Part shown: positions 46,147 through 56,056 of the stretch, piece by piece
How the letters are laid out: each line of letters opens with the position of its first letter
Position numbering within the stretch: position 1 is the first letter of the stretch
NCBI GenBank assembly: GCA_021791245.1
Contig: JAJYWY010000003.1
Location: 1 to 62,446, forward strand
Length of the DNA stretch: 62,446 nucleotides
Origin: Candidatus Micrarchaeota archaeon
Lineage (GTDB): Archaea > Micrarchaeota > Micrarchaeia > Micrarchaeales > CABMGC01
Reading direction: 5' to 3'
Notes under the pieces: model-generated
What the model was told of the DNA's origin: nothing
Seen by the model: only the letters and a program-made list of their open reading frames with translations
The model's database searches: none
Program-made: the position numbers and the translations under genes

Positions 46147-46533
46147 ATGAGTATATATAAAAACCTGCAAAAATCCGGATTTGCATTGCCTGTAGCCTTT
46201 ATGCTGCTTCCGGTTATGACGAACGGTCTTTTTGGCATGCTATTCGCACATAGCAATTACTTCTTGTTTAACAGCCTTGTAGATTCCTTAAGCAGCATTC
46301 AGACGCTGCTATCCCAAATAGGCCCAATAATCAGCGGAGTGCTATTCATAGTTGCGGGCATAATGTATTCAATAGGCCAGCTTTTAACTCCGGAGAAGAA
46401 AGCGCAATTCCATACCACTTCAATAAACATAATAATAGGCGCCATAATAGTCGCTGTGCTTTCCGTGACTTCGAATTCGTTTGCATTCGCTTCCGCACAT
46501 CTACTCTCAAACCTGACTATAAACGCAACTTAA
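46147..46533 (+). CDS. VirB2/TrbC/CedA1-like pilin candidate
   Basis: Leader region plus two TM helices separated by a short charged loop (PEKKAQ); IIIGAII. Confidence 0.6.
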   Translation: MSIYKNLQKSGFALPVAFMLLPVMTNGLFGMLFAHSNYFLFNSLVDSLSSIQTLLSQIGPIISGVLFIVAGIMYSIGQLLTPEKKAQFHTTSINIIIGAIIVAVLSVTSNSFAFASAHLLSNLTINAT

Positions 46534-46544
46534 TAGGTAGCACT

Positions 46545-47594
46545 ATGGAAGTTATGCCTTTCGGAAAATATGGGTTTGGTATAGGTATTACCGTAATAAG
46601 CATAATGCTTCTCATAGGCGGCATAATACTTGGGGTTGGATACGCGCTTGACGATAAGAAGTTCAAGGATTTTGGGAAACAGGAAATATATCAGAGTATC
46701 GTCAATGGGGTTATTCTTGGTTCGCTGATCTTATTGTTCCTTCCGAACGGCATCATATCCGATATTGTAAATTATGCGGTATCCTCAAATAACGCCTCGT
46801 ATTCATGTCCTGGGTTTATGGCACAGAATTCCGGGATCTGCTTCGCATACAACTATCTCGTTGGTACGGCGCAGTATAAGTTCAACAGCATAAGCTATCC
46901 ATCGCTTTCTGAGATTACGGGTTCCATGCTCGCAAGTTTTTCTGCGCTTGCAATCTTTCTAGGCATCATATCCGGCACAACGATAAACCTGATTGTTGTA
47001 TCGTTTTCTCCAAGCAGCATGATAATGCCTTTTCTTCATCAGGTGCAATACATAATCGAGATACTTTCAGCCTCGCTCATAGGCATATATGTGCAGGCTT
47101 CAATACTTTCCTTTGTGGCAATAACTGCAATATCAGTGCTTCTGCCATTGGGCATAATTCTAAGAACGTTTTTCCCGACTAGGAAGCTTGGAGGTTTCAT
47201 AATGGCAGTTGCGATAGCCCTTTACGTGGTCTTCCCGCTGTCTTATCTTATTGACGCGACTCTAATGCAATCCTATTATTCCCAATATAGCCAGAATTCA
47301 TTCCAGCAAATAGAAGTTCAGGCTCAATCCCTGAATTCCCAATATCTGGGTTCAATTCCGTCAAGCGTTAATTCCACATCATTCAATGTAGCAGACATCT
47401 CTGGAGCAGCTTCGTCATTGTTGAATTCCCTGGCCAATATTATGCAATCGCTGCTCTTCCTCCTCTCTGGGCTTATAGTGCAGATATTCATACTTCCGGT
47501 ATTCAGCATAGTTCTAACAGGGATATCAATAAAGGAACTTTCAGGGATACTCGGAGCTGAGGCATCTTTCGGCAAGCTCAGAATCTTCACGTGA
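46545..47594 (+). CDS. VirB6/CedA-like polytopic membrane protein
   Basis: Multi-TM; KQEIYQ and LLPLGIILRTFFPTRKLGGFIMA..IA.YVVFP segments. Confidence 0.6.
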   Translation: MEVMPFGKYGFGIGITVISIMLLIGGIILGVGYALDDKKFKDFGKQEIYQSIVNGVILGSLILLFLPNGIISDIVNYAVSSNNASYSCPGFMAQNSGICFAYNYLVGTAQYKFNSISYPSLSEITGSMLASFSALAIFLGIISGTTINLIVVSFSPSSMIMPFLHQVQYIIEILSASLIGIYVQASILSFVAITAISVLLPLGIILRTFFPTRKLGGFIMAVAIALYVVFPLSYLIDATLMQSYYSQYSQNSFQQIEVQAQSLNSQYLGSIPSSVNSTSFNVADISGAASSLLNSLANIMQSLLFLLSGLIVQIFILPVFSIVLTGISIKELSGILGAEASFGKLRIFT

Positions 47595-47598
47595 TCGG

Positions 47599-48324
47599 AT
47601 GGAAGGGTATAATCATTATAAGTTGACCAATTACGCCTATTCGTATGCAGTGTATGCTGGCTTTGCCCTACTCATTATTCTCTCGGCAGTATATTCAAGC
47701 ATCCTGCTTTTGGCGCTTTCCGCGTTTTTATTATTTGCGTCTGTGTTTGTGCTTAGATACGGGCATATATTCAATTCTTTCCTTACAAACAAAATGAAGA
47801 TATTAGAGGTCTCTTCTGGATATTCGCTTGGAAAAAGGGGATTTTCTGCGGTAAAGAAGATAGGAACTTCGTATTATGGAATATCCATAGCGTCATTGAA
47901 AGTTACTACTGGAGTAAACGCAGGGAGCAGAATAATAACGGAGGCCATAGAAAAGATACGGATACAGTTTGAATTCAGTGTAAGGCTGGAGAGAATAGAC
48001 CTAAAGAAGCTTCTCAATGGCTTAGAGACGAGAAGGAGGATAAAGGAGATAGAGCTTTCAAAAATCGGGGCAAAAGACTATGACAAGGCGAACAGGCTAA
48101 AGCGCGAGATAGGCATTGTAGAGAGCGAGATACAAAGCATAACATGCGGAAATACGCCCATGTCGGCCATGCTGCTGCTGAAATGCGCATCCGTATGCAA
48201 AAGCAGCGAAGAGGCGCAAATGCTGCCTTACAAAAACCTGCAGGAGCTTTGCACGCTTTTCGCTTCTTCATTCAACTTCGACTACATTATATTGAAAGGG
48301 GAGGATTTGCTTGAATTACTATGA
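47599..48324 (+). CDS. Hypothetical membrane-anchored coiled-coil protein (T4SS-like operon)
   Basis: Two N-terminal TM segments and a coiled coil; overlaps the ATPase gene start. Confidence 0.75.
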   Translation: MEGYNHYKLTNYAYSYAVYAGFALLIILSAVYSSILLLALSAFLLFASVFVLRYGHIFNSFLTNKMKILEVSSGYSLGKRGFSAVKKIGTSYYGISIASLKVTTGVNAGSRIITEAIEKIRIQFEFSVRLERIDLKKLLNGLETRRRIKEIELSKIGAKDYDKANRLKREIGIVESEIQSITCGNTPMSAMLLLKCASVCKSSEEAQMLPYKNLQELCTLFASSFNFDYIILKGEDLLELL

Positions 48325-49393
48325 GATGTGGAATAGAATAAACTCTAATGAAGCTTCTAGCCTTCTGGAGATATATGCGCCTGATGACTTGCAGGAAAGC
48401 ATATACACAAGCGAAAACGGAATATATGCCGGAAAGTCTATGCGGCAGTATATACCGGTTTTCATGGACCAGAGTGCAACAATAAATCCGCATATGTTCA
48501 TAGCAGGGATAACTGGAAGCGGAAAGAGCTTTGCCTTAAGAAACATAATAACAAGAATGTCCGCAGTTCTTGGCTATGGCGCTATAATAATAGACTTGAC
48601 TGGCGAATTCAAGGGCATGGCTGAGGACGCCGGAAATATAGATGTTTCCAGGAGCACTTCGTATTTCGGATTATTCAAGATCAGGGACGAGGAGAAGAGA
48701 ATACTGCGTGCGGAAGAGATTCTATGCGAGGTAATAAGGCAGATGAGAATGCTTGAGCCTGATTCCAATATAAAGTCTTTTGTAATTTTTGACGAGGCTT
48801 GGAAAATACTTGGAAAGAACAAGCAATTTGAGACGCTGATCAGAGAAGGCAGGAAGTACGGGATAGGAGTGATAATATCGTCGCAGAGCCTGCTCGACTT
48901 AGATCGCGAGATGCTGGAGAACATAGGCAGCCTCCTTATCTTCAAACTGACGGATGATGTATCTCTATCATTGCTGGCCAGCAGTTATGGCTTAAGCAGA
49001 GTGCAGATTGACAACTTGAAAAATCTTGAGGTTGGGAGATGCATGCTCCTAAGGTCATATAAGTCTAGGAGGAAATCGTGCGTCTTCATAAGCAGGTTTG
49101 AACAGGTGAATGCAAAAGAGGTTTTAAGGATAATTTTGAGGGATCGCATGGACATGGAAATAGAAGAAGAGAAATTCCTGGGGTTCTTGAAATCCCTTGG
49201 CATAGCAAGAGATAGGATGGAAAAGATAAATGAAATCGTTGAGAACAGGCCTATTGCCCTAGACGTGCTTGTATCCGAACTGATTCTGGTTGATGTTGAC
49301 AAGAGAAAGGTACTCTATGGATTAAGGTCGCTCGGAATGGCAGACGATGATATAGCAGACACATTCGCTATTGCTGCAGGCAGATTGCTATGA
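48311..49393 (+). CDS. VirB4/HerA/CedB-like ATPase
   Basis: NPHMFIAGITGSGKS (Walker A), IIIDLTGEF, FVIFDEAW (Walker B), REGRKYGIGVIISSQ. Confidence 0.88.
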   Translation: MNYYEMWNRINSNEASSLLEIYAPDDLQESIYTSENGIYAGKSMRQYIPVFMDQSATINPHMFIAGITGSGKSFALRNIITRMSAVLGYGAIIIDLTGEFKGMAEDAGNIDVSRSTSYFGLFKIRDEEKRILRAEEILCEVIRQMRMLEPDSNIKSFVIFDEAWKILGKNKQFETLIREGRKYGIGVIISSQSLLDLDREMLENIGSLLIFKLTDDVSLSLLASSYGLSRVQIDNLKNLEVGRCMLLRSYKSRRKSCVFISRFEQVNAKEVLRIILRDRMDMEIEEEKFLGFLKSLGIARDRMEKINEIVENRPIALDVLVSELILVDVDKRKVLYGLRSLGMADDDIADTFAIAAGRLL

Positions 49394-50067
49394 AACAAAA
49401 GACAATGCAAAAATATTTGATAATGAGAATGCCTCTGCAATGTAAGCTGCTTGTGCCGCTTTCAATAGTAAAGAAAAGGCTTTCCAATTACCCTAATATG
49501 GAATTGATTAGAGAAGGGACTAGCCTCACGTATTCATTTTTGGAAAATAATGACAATGCCGAATTTTGCATTATTCTGTCAAAGAACTCGATAATCATGA
49601 ATATACGCGCCAATATTACTCCTGTCCGTTATGAGAAGGACGCTGTTTTAAGGCTTGTAAGCATTGTCATGATACTCGACGGTTTTTACCATATAGAAGC
49701 CAGAAATATGCTTCCTTATATGGTTTCTACGCTTGCCAGGCACAATGTAGAATATTACGCTGAAAAGGCGCGAAGGATGCAATTAGATGAAGAAACGAGT
49801 ATTAAAGGAACCGAGATCATACTATCCAAGAGGATACTGGGGTTAATGTCTGAAATTTCCTCGAAAACTGAAATGCTTTCACATTCAAATAAGAAATTCG
49901 ATGATTTGGTAGAGAAAATAGTCGATATTGAATGCAGTTATGGGCCATTTTCAATCGAAGAAATATGCTTGAAGTATGGATTAAGCGCAAATGACGTAAA
50001 GGCGCACACCGAGGCAAAAACTAATTGCGGCGCATCGCGGCAAGGCAAGCCCTTTCTCCAAAGGTGA
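49390..50067 (+). CDS. Hypothetical protein (T4SS-like operon)
   Basis: ATGA overlap with the upstream ATPase gene. Confidence 0.7.
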   Translation: MKQKTMQKYLIMRMPLQCKLLVPLSIVKKRLSNYPNMELIREGTSLTYSFLENNDNAEFCIILSKNSIIMNIRANITPVRYEKDAVLRLVSIVMILDGFYHIEARNMLPYMVSTLARHNVEYYAEKARRMQLDEETSIKGTEIILSKRILGLMSEISSKTEMLSHSNKKFDDLVEKIVDIECSYGPFSIEEICLKYGLSANDVKAHTEAKTNCGASRQGKPFLQR

Positions 50068-50071
50068 AAAA

Positions 50072-50530
50072 ATGAGTTCGCAGGTTCTTGATTATGCATA
50101 TAGCTTCATACCCATAGCCGCAGGAATTGCATTAATGTACATTCTTGGCAGATTCAATCCATTAAAGAAGCATGTGCAGCTTGTCTGCAATAATGATTGG
50201 CATGGAGCGCATATTAAAGATTGTACAGACCAAAATCCCAAACCAGACATGCGGCTTTCGGTTACCCGGGATTTATTGATATGCAATGGCATAAAATGCA
50301 TTGGCAATGAGGCACAGCAGAAAAGGGAGGGATTTGAGCGCTTGGGAATATGCACTCCGTCAGAGTTCACGTCGATGATAGGCAGGTGCAGCCCAGATTT
50401 TGAATATCTCAGGCCGTTGATGTACAAGGACACGATGTTTGACGGCCTTCTGTACAGGTTCTGCAGTGAATCTGGGACAGTTCTGCTCTTTCTAGCACAG
50501 TATAAGCTAGATCCCGTGGTGATCGGGTGA
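50072..50530 (+). CDS. Hypothetical protein with N-terminal TM segment
   Basis: GGTGA SD 4 nt upstream; hydrophobic N-terminus. Confidence 0.65.
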   Translation: MSSQVLDYAYSFIPIAAGIALMYILGRFNPLKKHVQLVCNNDWHGAHIKDCTDQNPKPDMRLSVTRDLLICNGIKCIGNEAQQKREGFERLGICTPSEFTSMIGRCSPDFEYLRPLMYKDTMFDGLLYRFCSESGTVLLFLAQYKLDPVVIG

Positions 50531-50736
50531 ACTTTATATCGATGTTTGCATTTGAAGTTGCTGTTATTAGCTCCGCGTACACGAGTACAGGATTTTCGCT
50601 ATTGATAATCGGCAGGCTGAGGTCAAAAGGCGATGGCAATAAACGGATAGGCGCAGCTGTAAGAATAGGTGCATTGCTTTTTTTCTCGTCCGCGCTCTTT
50701 TACTCGTGGTTGAATGCAAATCCAAGAATTCTATAA
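50527..50736 (+). CDS. Small two-TM membrane protein
   Basis: GTGA overlap; two hydrophobic segments with a basic loop. Confidence 0.55.
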   Translation: MNFISMFAFEVAVISSAYTSTGFSLLIIGRLRSKGDGNKRIGAAVRIGALLFFSSALFYSWLNANPRIL

Positions 50737-50995
50737 ATTTAATAGGTGTTTTTCCGTGTCGGGCGTGAACACAATAGCTTCGCTTTCGGTCTCAAGCGCG
50801 CTGGCCAACGCGTTCCTGCTTATAACAGGAAATGCATTGCTGGGCATTGCGATCTTATTGGCATCGCTTACACTGCTTATTTATCTTTCAAAAATGACAA
50901 ACGCATCGATGATAAATACTTCGGATAGCGTTGCGTACCTGTCCATGGCGAATCTTTTGTTCTCTATGGTATCGATCTTGTGGTGGTTAAGATGA
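50714..50995 (+). CDS. Small membrane protein
   Basis: Three hydrophobic segments; overlaps both neighbours. Confidence 0.55.
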   Translation: MQIQEFYKFNRCFSVSGVNTIASLSVSSALANAFLLITGNALLGIAILLASLTLLIYLSKMTNASMINTSDSVAYLSMANLLFSMVSILWWLR

Positions 50996-53193
50996 ACAAC
51001 GCAACATTGTTTAAGATTACTTCAATACCTGCGCCGTTAGATGCAAAATTTTTCGTTGAGAGCTTCCTTGGCAATTCTTTTGCGATTTATCACGACATAA
51101 AAAATGGCGGGACATATCTTGTAATGGATGACGTACAAAAAGCGCGTTTGTGCTCCGCAATGCCGGGAATTTCCATGGATAACGCTTCTTCCATAGAAGA
51201 ATTCGGGAATCCTTCAATTTTTGTTTTTTATACGATGCCAGAATCACATGCAGATAAGCGTGAAGCAAAACCGCAACTATTTTCAGATGCCTATAAAATT
51301 TTTAAAAATGCGGAAATGAATTTCTGCGTCTCTTTCCTTCCGATAAAAAAGGAAAATGTAGACGCGCTAAAAGACAGGCTGCAGAAAAACCTCAGCACAA
51401 AAGACATTAGGCAGACAAAGACTAAAAATGAGAAGACTGTAGCGTATTCCCTTACAGAATCCGTACATTCCGATTTATATTACGAATCCGAGGAGAAGAG
51501 GCTAAATGAATCCCTGCTCGGCAACATAGAAGACATAATACTCTCAAATTACTCCGGTTATAAAGCATTTATAATAGCCGAGGATAACCAGGAATTTTCC
51601 GCTTACCTGAAGTCAAAAGTCGTATTGGTAGACACGATAAAAACCATGGAGAATGATATTGTAAAAATTCTCGGAACCCTGGAGGATAAGAATTCTATTC
51701 CGATTTCATACGGCGTATGCGCGGGATTGGTATCATTCTCGCCAATGATAGAGAACAAGGAGATAGTCGATACTCAGCGCCCCAGCAATACTGGAGGAAT
51801 TAGCCTTGGAGGATTTATGGAAGGAGGGGTTGCAGAGCAAAACTATGAAGCACACATGGATGAAAGCGCACTAAATTTAGGCACCATAATAAGCGGGCTC
51901 CCAGGATGCGGCAAGACTGCGTTGTCAATGCTCGTTTGCAGACAGCTGCTGGAAAAGCCGGATGGCAGAACAAAGGTGATTGTAATCTCGCCAACCGAAG
52001 AATGGAATGGCATAGGCCGCCATTTTGGGCTTAGTATAATAAAGCCGTATGCATCAAATAAGAAGATAAATTTTTTCAGATGCTGCTCACGCCTCAATAT
52101 AGAGAAGTTCTATGAAAACCTTGCAATGCTGCTTGCCGCAGCTTCAAACGTTGGCCCTTACAAGGACTCGCTGGAAAAGTGCCTGCTCGCAGCATTTAGA
52201 AGAGTGTATGAAGATGCCAGGGATCCTGACCCGCTAGAGGTATACGAGGAGATAGAGGAGGCGGTCATAGAGCAACATGGAAAGAGAACAAACGTGGGGG
52301 TAAAATACACAAAACATGGAGAAAATATAAGGGCAGGTTTGGAAAACCTGAGATTGCTGCTCTTTAGACCGGAATTTTCGTGCAGGGAGGGCATTGATTT
52401 TGCCGAACTTATGGAAGGATCTGTATTTGATCTTTCTTGCGTAAGCAACGAGATGAAGCCGTTCTTTTATTCGCTGATATTGAATCAAATATACAGTTTC
52501 ACAGAAACATTCAACAACAATGGGGACTCTGAACTCAGGCTGCTGCTTTGCCTTGAGGAAGCTCAACTTATATTCAAGCAGGATAGCAAAATGTATCAAT
52601 CTGCGCCGACTGCGGATTTGAAGCAGAAGATACAGGATTTCAGGAAAAAAGGCATAGGGCTGATGCTCATAACGCACAACATAATGGATATAGACCAGAA
52701 TATAAGGAGGCTCTGCCAGAACAAGATATATTTCAGGCAGTCTGCGGATATAGTAAATTATGCGCTTATGGATCTTGGCTTTTACAGAGACGACGAAAGA
52801 ATCTTCTCAAGATTGAAATCTTTGGAGAATAGGGTCTGCGTCTTAACGTACGTGGAAAAGATAAACGGCATGGCGAGAGTAATTGGGCCTACTTTCCTTA
52901 AAACTCGCAATTATACTGCACCGACTGCAAATTATGATGCGGAAGACGGATATGAAAACAGCACGATAGTGATGCAGGTTAAAATAAATGCAAAAAAGGA
53001 AATTGGCCAGATTCATGCAAAGATAACCTATCTGGGAGAGGTGATATTCAAGAGTAAAGACGTTGGAAGTTGCATTAGCGTAAGGAACATAATTCCTGGG
53101 AGAAAATACAGACTATTAATTACAAACGAAAAAGGAAAAGCGCAGAAGGCGATTACCATTGTGGGAAATGAAGAGATTGCCATAGACGTATAA
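50980..53193 (+). CDS. Large VirB4/VirD4/HerA-like P-loop ATPase
   Basis: IISGLPGCGKT, SVFDLS, LCLEEAQ, FRKKGIGLMLITH, KIYFRQ. Confidence 0.82.
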   Translation: MVVKMNNATLFKITSIPAPLDAKFFVESFLGNSFAIYHDIKNGGTYLVMDDVQKARLCSAMPGISMDNASSIEEFGNPSIFVFYTMPESHADKREAKPQLFSDAYKIFKNAEMNFCVSFLPIKKENVDALKDRLQKNLSTKDIRQTKTKNEKTVAYSLTESVHSDLYYESEEKRLNESLLGNIEDIILSNYSGYKAFIIAEDNQEFSAYLKSKVVLVDTIKTMENDIVKILGTLEDKNSIPISYGVCAGLVSFSPMIENKEIVDTQRPSNTGGISLGGFMEGGVAEQNYEAHMDESALNLGTIISGLPGCGKTALSMLVCRQLLEKPDGRTKVIVISPTEEWNGIGRHFGLSIIKPYASNKKINFFRCCSRLNIEKFYENLAMLLAAASNVGPYKDSLEKCLLAAFRRVYEDARDPDPLEVYEEIEEAVIEQHGKRTNVGVKYTKHGENIRAGLENLRLLLFRPEFSCREGIDFAELMEGSVFDLSCVSNEMKPFFYSLILNQIYSFTETFNNNGDSELRLLLCLEEAQLIFKQDSKMYQSAPTADLKQKIQDFRKKGIGLMLITHNIMDIDQNIRRLCQNKIYFRQSADIVNYALMDLGFYRDDERIFSRLKSLENRVCVLTYVEKINGMARVIGPTFLKTRNYTAPTANYDAEDGYENSTIVMQVKINAKKEIGQIHAKITYLGEVIFKSKDVGSCISVRNIIPGRKYRLLITNEKGKAQKAITIVGNEEIAIDV

Positions 53194-53207
53194 TTCCTTA
53201 GGAAATA

Positions 53208-56042
53208 TTATAGCATCTCTATGCTCGGCTTCATCGGCAGCGCCCTTTCAGCCCTAGGAGATTTAGATTCCGATTCCTTCTCTACCGTAACTTCGATATT
53301 TACCGCTTTTGATATGTATTCCGAATGTTCTTTCAGGAAAGCGAATTCCTCGTCTTCACTGGCATCGATTTTTTTCAATGAACCCATGTTCTTGGCGAAT
53401 TTTTCAACGAGTTTGGCCGCTTCCTCCTTGTTAATTTCCGGATTGGAACCGATTTTATCTATTGCCTTTGAAGGAGTTTTTGTCTCAGCGAGATTGTTCA
53501 GCACCTCGCGCTTCCATTCGCTTGCTACTATGAGCTTTATCCCTTTCGGCTTCGAGCCTTTTCTTCCCATAAGCGATATTAGGCTTTTTATATCTTCTAT
53601 ATTCTTTCCCAGGTTTTCGTATTGCTTCTCGAGCTTGTCGTTTATCATTCCTTCGTTCGCAGAAGGCCATTTCTCAAGCGATGCAAAAGTATTGTTGCCA
53701 AGATTATGCCACATTTCCTCTGAAACGTGGGGCGCAACAGGCTGCAGCATGAGCACAATATCTTGCAGGAACTCTCTTAGGGTTATCTCGTTGTTGCCTC
53801 CCATGCTGAAATAATCCTTGAGTTCTATTACCGAATTGTACAATACGTTTGTCATTGCATCCCTTAGCTCCATGCCTTCCATTGCCTCAGTAGCGTTCTT
53901 TATCTTCTTGTTAAGCCTGGAATACATTAGGTAATCCGCGCTTTTCAGTTCGCTGGGTTCATAATCGTGGAGCTTATCGAGTATGCTGTTCAGAAACTCC
54001 AGTCTTTCCTTTATTCCGTTTATAGCTTCCACGCTGAACTCAAAATCGCTGTTCAGGTCAGCCCCTGCTATCACGCTTATCCTAAGCGGGTCCGCGCCAT
54101 ACATTTTTATTGCCTTCATCAATGGCACAGTATTGCCAAGACTTTTGCTCATTTTCTCGCCTTCGCTTAAAACCCCGCCATTTACTACTATCTGCTTCGG
54201 CCAATATTTCCTGTCAAGGATTATTGAATGGTTGAATAGGTACATTGTAAGGTGGTTTGCGATAAGATCAGAATATGAATGCCTTGAAGTTTCTGCATAC
54301 CAGTATGTAAACGATTCCCTGCACTTCTGCACTATATCGTAGTCTATCCCCGTCTGCTTTGACGTTTCTTCTGCTCCACCCTTTCCGAGCAGGACAAAAT
54401 CGAAAAATTCCGGCTTCAGCTTCTCGGGCTCTATTCCCCTTATGTATGGGAGAAGCGTATAGAATGGCATGTACATTGTGGAATCGGACAATGACTCTAT
54501 TATTAGATTTTTATTTAACGGGAACTTTGTGCCAAGACCCTGTGACCTTGCCACTGCCCTTAGGTTTAACCAGTCTATTATGCCACTGAATGCCTGCCTG
54601 AGCTTTTCAGGGTATATTTTTGCATTATTAAGCGCTTCTTTTGCAAGAACTTTCCATTTTGCATCTCCATAATTCAGGAACCACTGGTCGTCAATAACCT
54701 TTACTATAACTTCGTGTCCGCATCTGCAGAAGACCGGCGCATTTGAAAGTATATATATCTCAAATGCGTTGTCTTTGCTAAGCAGCATATTCTTTATCTT
54801 CTCCCTTGCTTCCGGCTCCCCCATTCCTTCGAATCCTGAAACTATCATCTTTCCCCAGTGGGATTCTTCTCTATACTGTATCTTTGTTGCGAATTCAAGC
54901 ATATCGTTTATGGCATTAACGTTGGTGTGCAGAATCTCAAGATACGCCAGTGCAGGTATCTCCTTATGTTCAGGTTTTGCCTCTCCTACCGCAACATCGC
55001 TTATTGATCTTCCTATATCAACATCTATTATCTTCTTAGGCTTTATGCCGCTTACATCATAGCCGCTTTGTCTGAGCCTCTCTATCGCAGCATAGTCGAA
55101 GGGTGCATGCGCTGGAACGCTCATAACTATGCCAGTGCCTACTCCTTCCTTAACAAAAAATCCCGGAAGTATTGGGATAGATTCACTGGTAATTGGATTC
55201 ACGACTTTTTTGCCTATAAGCTCTTTTCCTTCAATTGTTTTATTTATTTTTATCTCAAATTGGTGCAAAAGCTTCTGTGCAGCCTTCTCTTCAATGTAGA
55301 TGCTTTCTCCAAATACGTCGCAAAGGGAATACTTCGCGGTTTCGCAGACGAATACGTTTGTTACCCCATATATAGTTTCCGGCCTGTATGTTGCGCATGC
55401 GACGAATGCTTCTTCTCCTTCCACCTTGAATTTTATTGCGGTTTCCTTCTCTATTTCTGGCTCTACGTCATGCTTCGTATCGTGCATGCCCACTGCATTG
55501 TTGTCGTTAGTGCACCATCCAAGAGGATGCCTATCCTTTACAAGAAGTCCGTTTTTTTCTAATTGGATAAATTGCCATTCCACAAACTTTGCGAATATTG
55601 GATCCAAAGTAACAAAAGATCTCCTCCAGTCTATTCCAAACCCTATCCTCTTCATCCCTTTTGCCGTCTCATTTGCAAAATATTCCACTATGTATTCCGG
55701 ATCTATGAACTTTGCTATCTCGTCTTCTGGTATATCGAACATCTTGAATTCCTCAAGAAGGTCCATGTCCTTCTCCTTGACTCTTTTTGCAAATGCCAAT
55801 ATCGGCGTGCCTGTTCCATGAAATCCCATCGGGAATAAAACGTTATACCCCTGCATTCTTTTGTATCTGCCAAAAACGTCCGCAGTTCCAAAAGTCCTGA
55901 GGTGGCCTATATGCTGCGGCGCATTTACATATGGAATTGCGGCAGTTACCAAAAGCTCTTTTTTGCCGCTGGGCATGCTCTCAAATATTTTGGCCTTTTC
56001 CCATTCGCGCTGCCATTTTTCCTCTATTTCTTCAAAATCCAG
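53208..56042 (-). CDS. leuS: Leucine--tRNA ligase
   Basis: PYVNAPQHIGH, IDWRRSF, GTGIVMSVPAHAPFDY, IESLSDSTMY, KMSKS; N-terminus xDFEEIEEKWQREW from an inferred CTG start. Confidence 0.96.
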   Translation of the reverse strand: MDFEEIEEKWQREWEKAKIFESMPSGKKELLVTAAIPYVNAPQHIGHLRTFGTADVFGRYKRMQGYNVLFPMGFHGTGTPILAFAKRVKEKDMDLLEEFKMFDIPEDEIAKFIDPEYIVEYFANETAKGMKRIGFGIDWRRSFVTLDPIFAKFVEWQFIQLEKNGLLVKDRHPLGWCTNDNNAVGMHDTKHDVEPEIEKETAIKFKVEGEEAFVACATYRPETIYGVTNVFVCETAKYSLCDVFGESIYIEEKAAQKLLHQFEIKINKTIEGKELIGKKVVNPITSESIPILPGFFVKEGVGTGIVMSVPAHAPFDYAAIERLRQSGYDVSGIKPKKIIDVDIGRSISDVAVGEAKPEHKEIPALAYLEILHTNVNAINDMLEFATKIQYREESHWGKMIVSGFEGMGEPEAREKIKNMLLSKDNAFEIYILSNAPVFCRCGHEVIVKVIDDQWFLNYGDAKWKVLAKEALNNAKIYPEKLRQAFSGIIDWLNLRAVARSQGLGTKFPLNKNLIIESLSDSTMYMPFYTLLPYIRGIEPEKLKPEFFDFVLLGKGGAEETSKQTGIDYDIVQKCRESFTYWYAETSRHSYSDLIANHLTMYLFNHSIILDRKYWPKQIVVNGGVLSEGEKMSKSLGNTVPLMKAIKMYGADPLRISVIAGADLNSDFEFSVEAINGIKERLEFLNSILDKLHDYEPSELKSADYLMYSRLNKKIKNATEAMEGMELRDAMTNVLYNSVIELKDYFSMGGNNEITLREFLQDIVLMLQPVAPHVSEEMWHNLGNNTFASLEKWPSANEGMINDKLEKQYENLGKNIEDIKSLISLMGRKGSKPKGIKLIVASEWKREVLNNLAETKTPSKAIDKIGSNPEINKEEAAKLVEKFAKNMGSLKKIDASEDEEFAFLKEHSEYISKAVNIEVTVEKESESKSPRAERALPMKPSIEML

Positions 56043-56056
56043 AAAGACACCAATAT

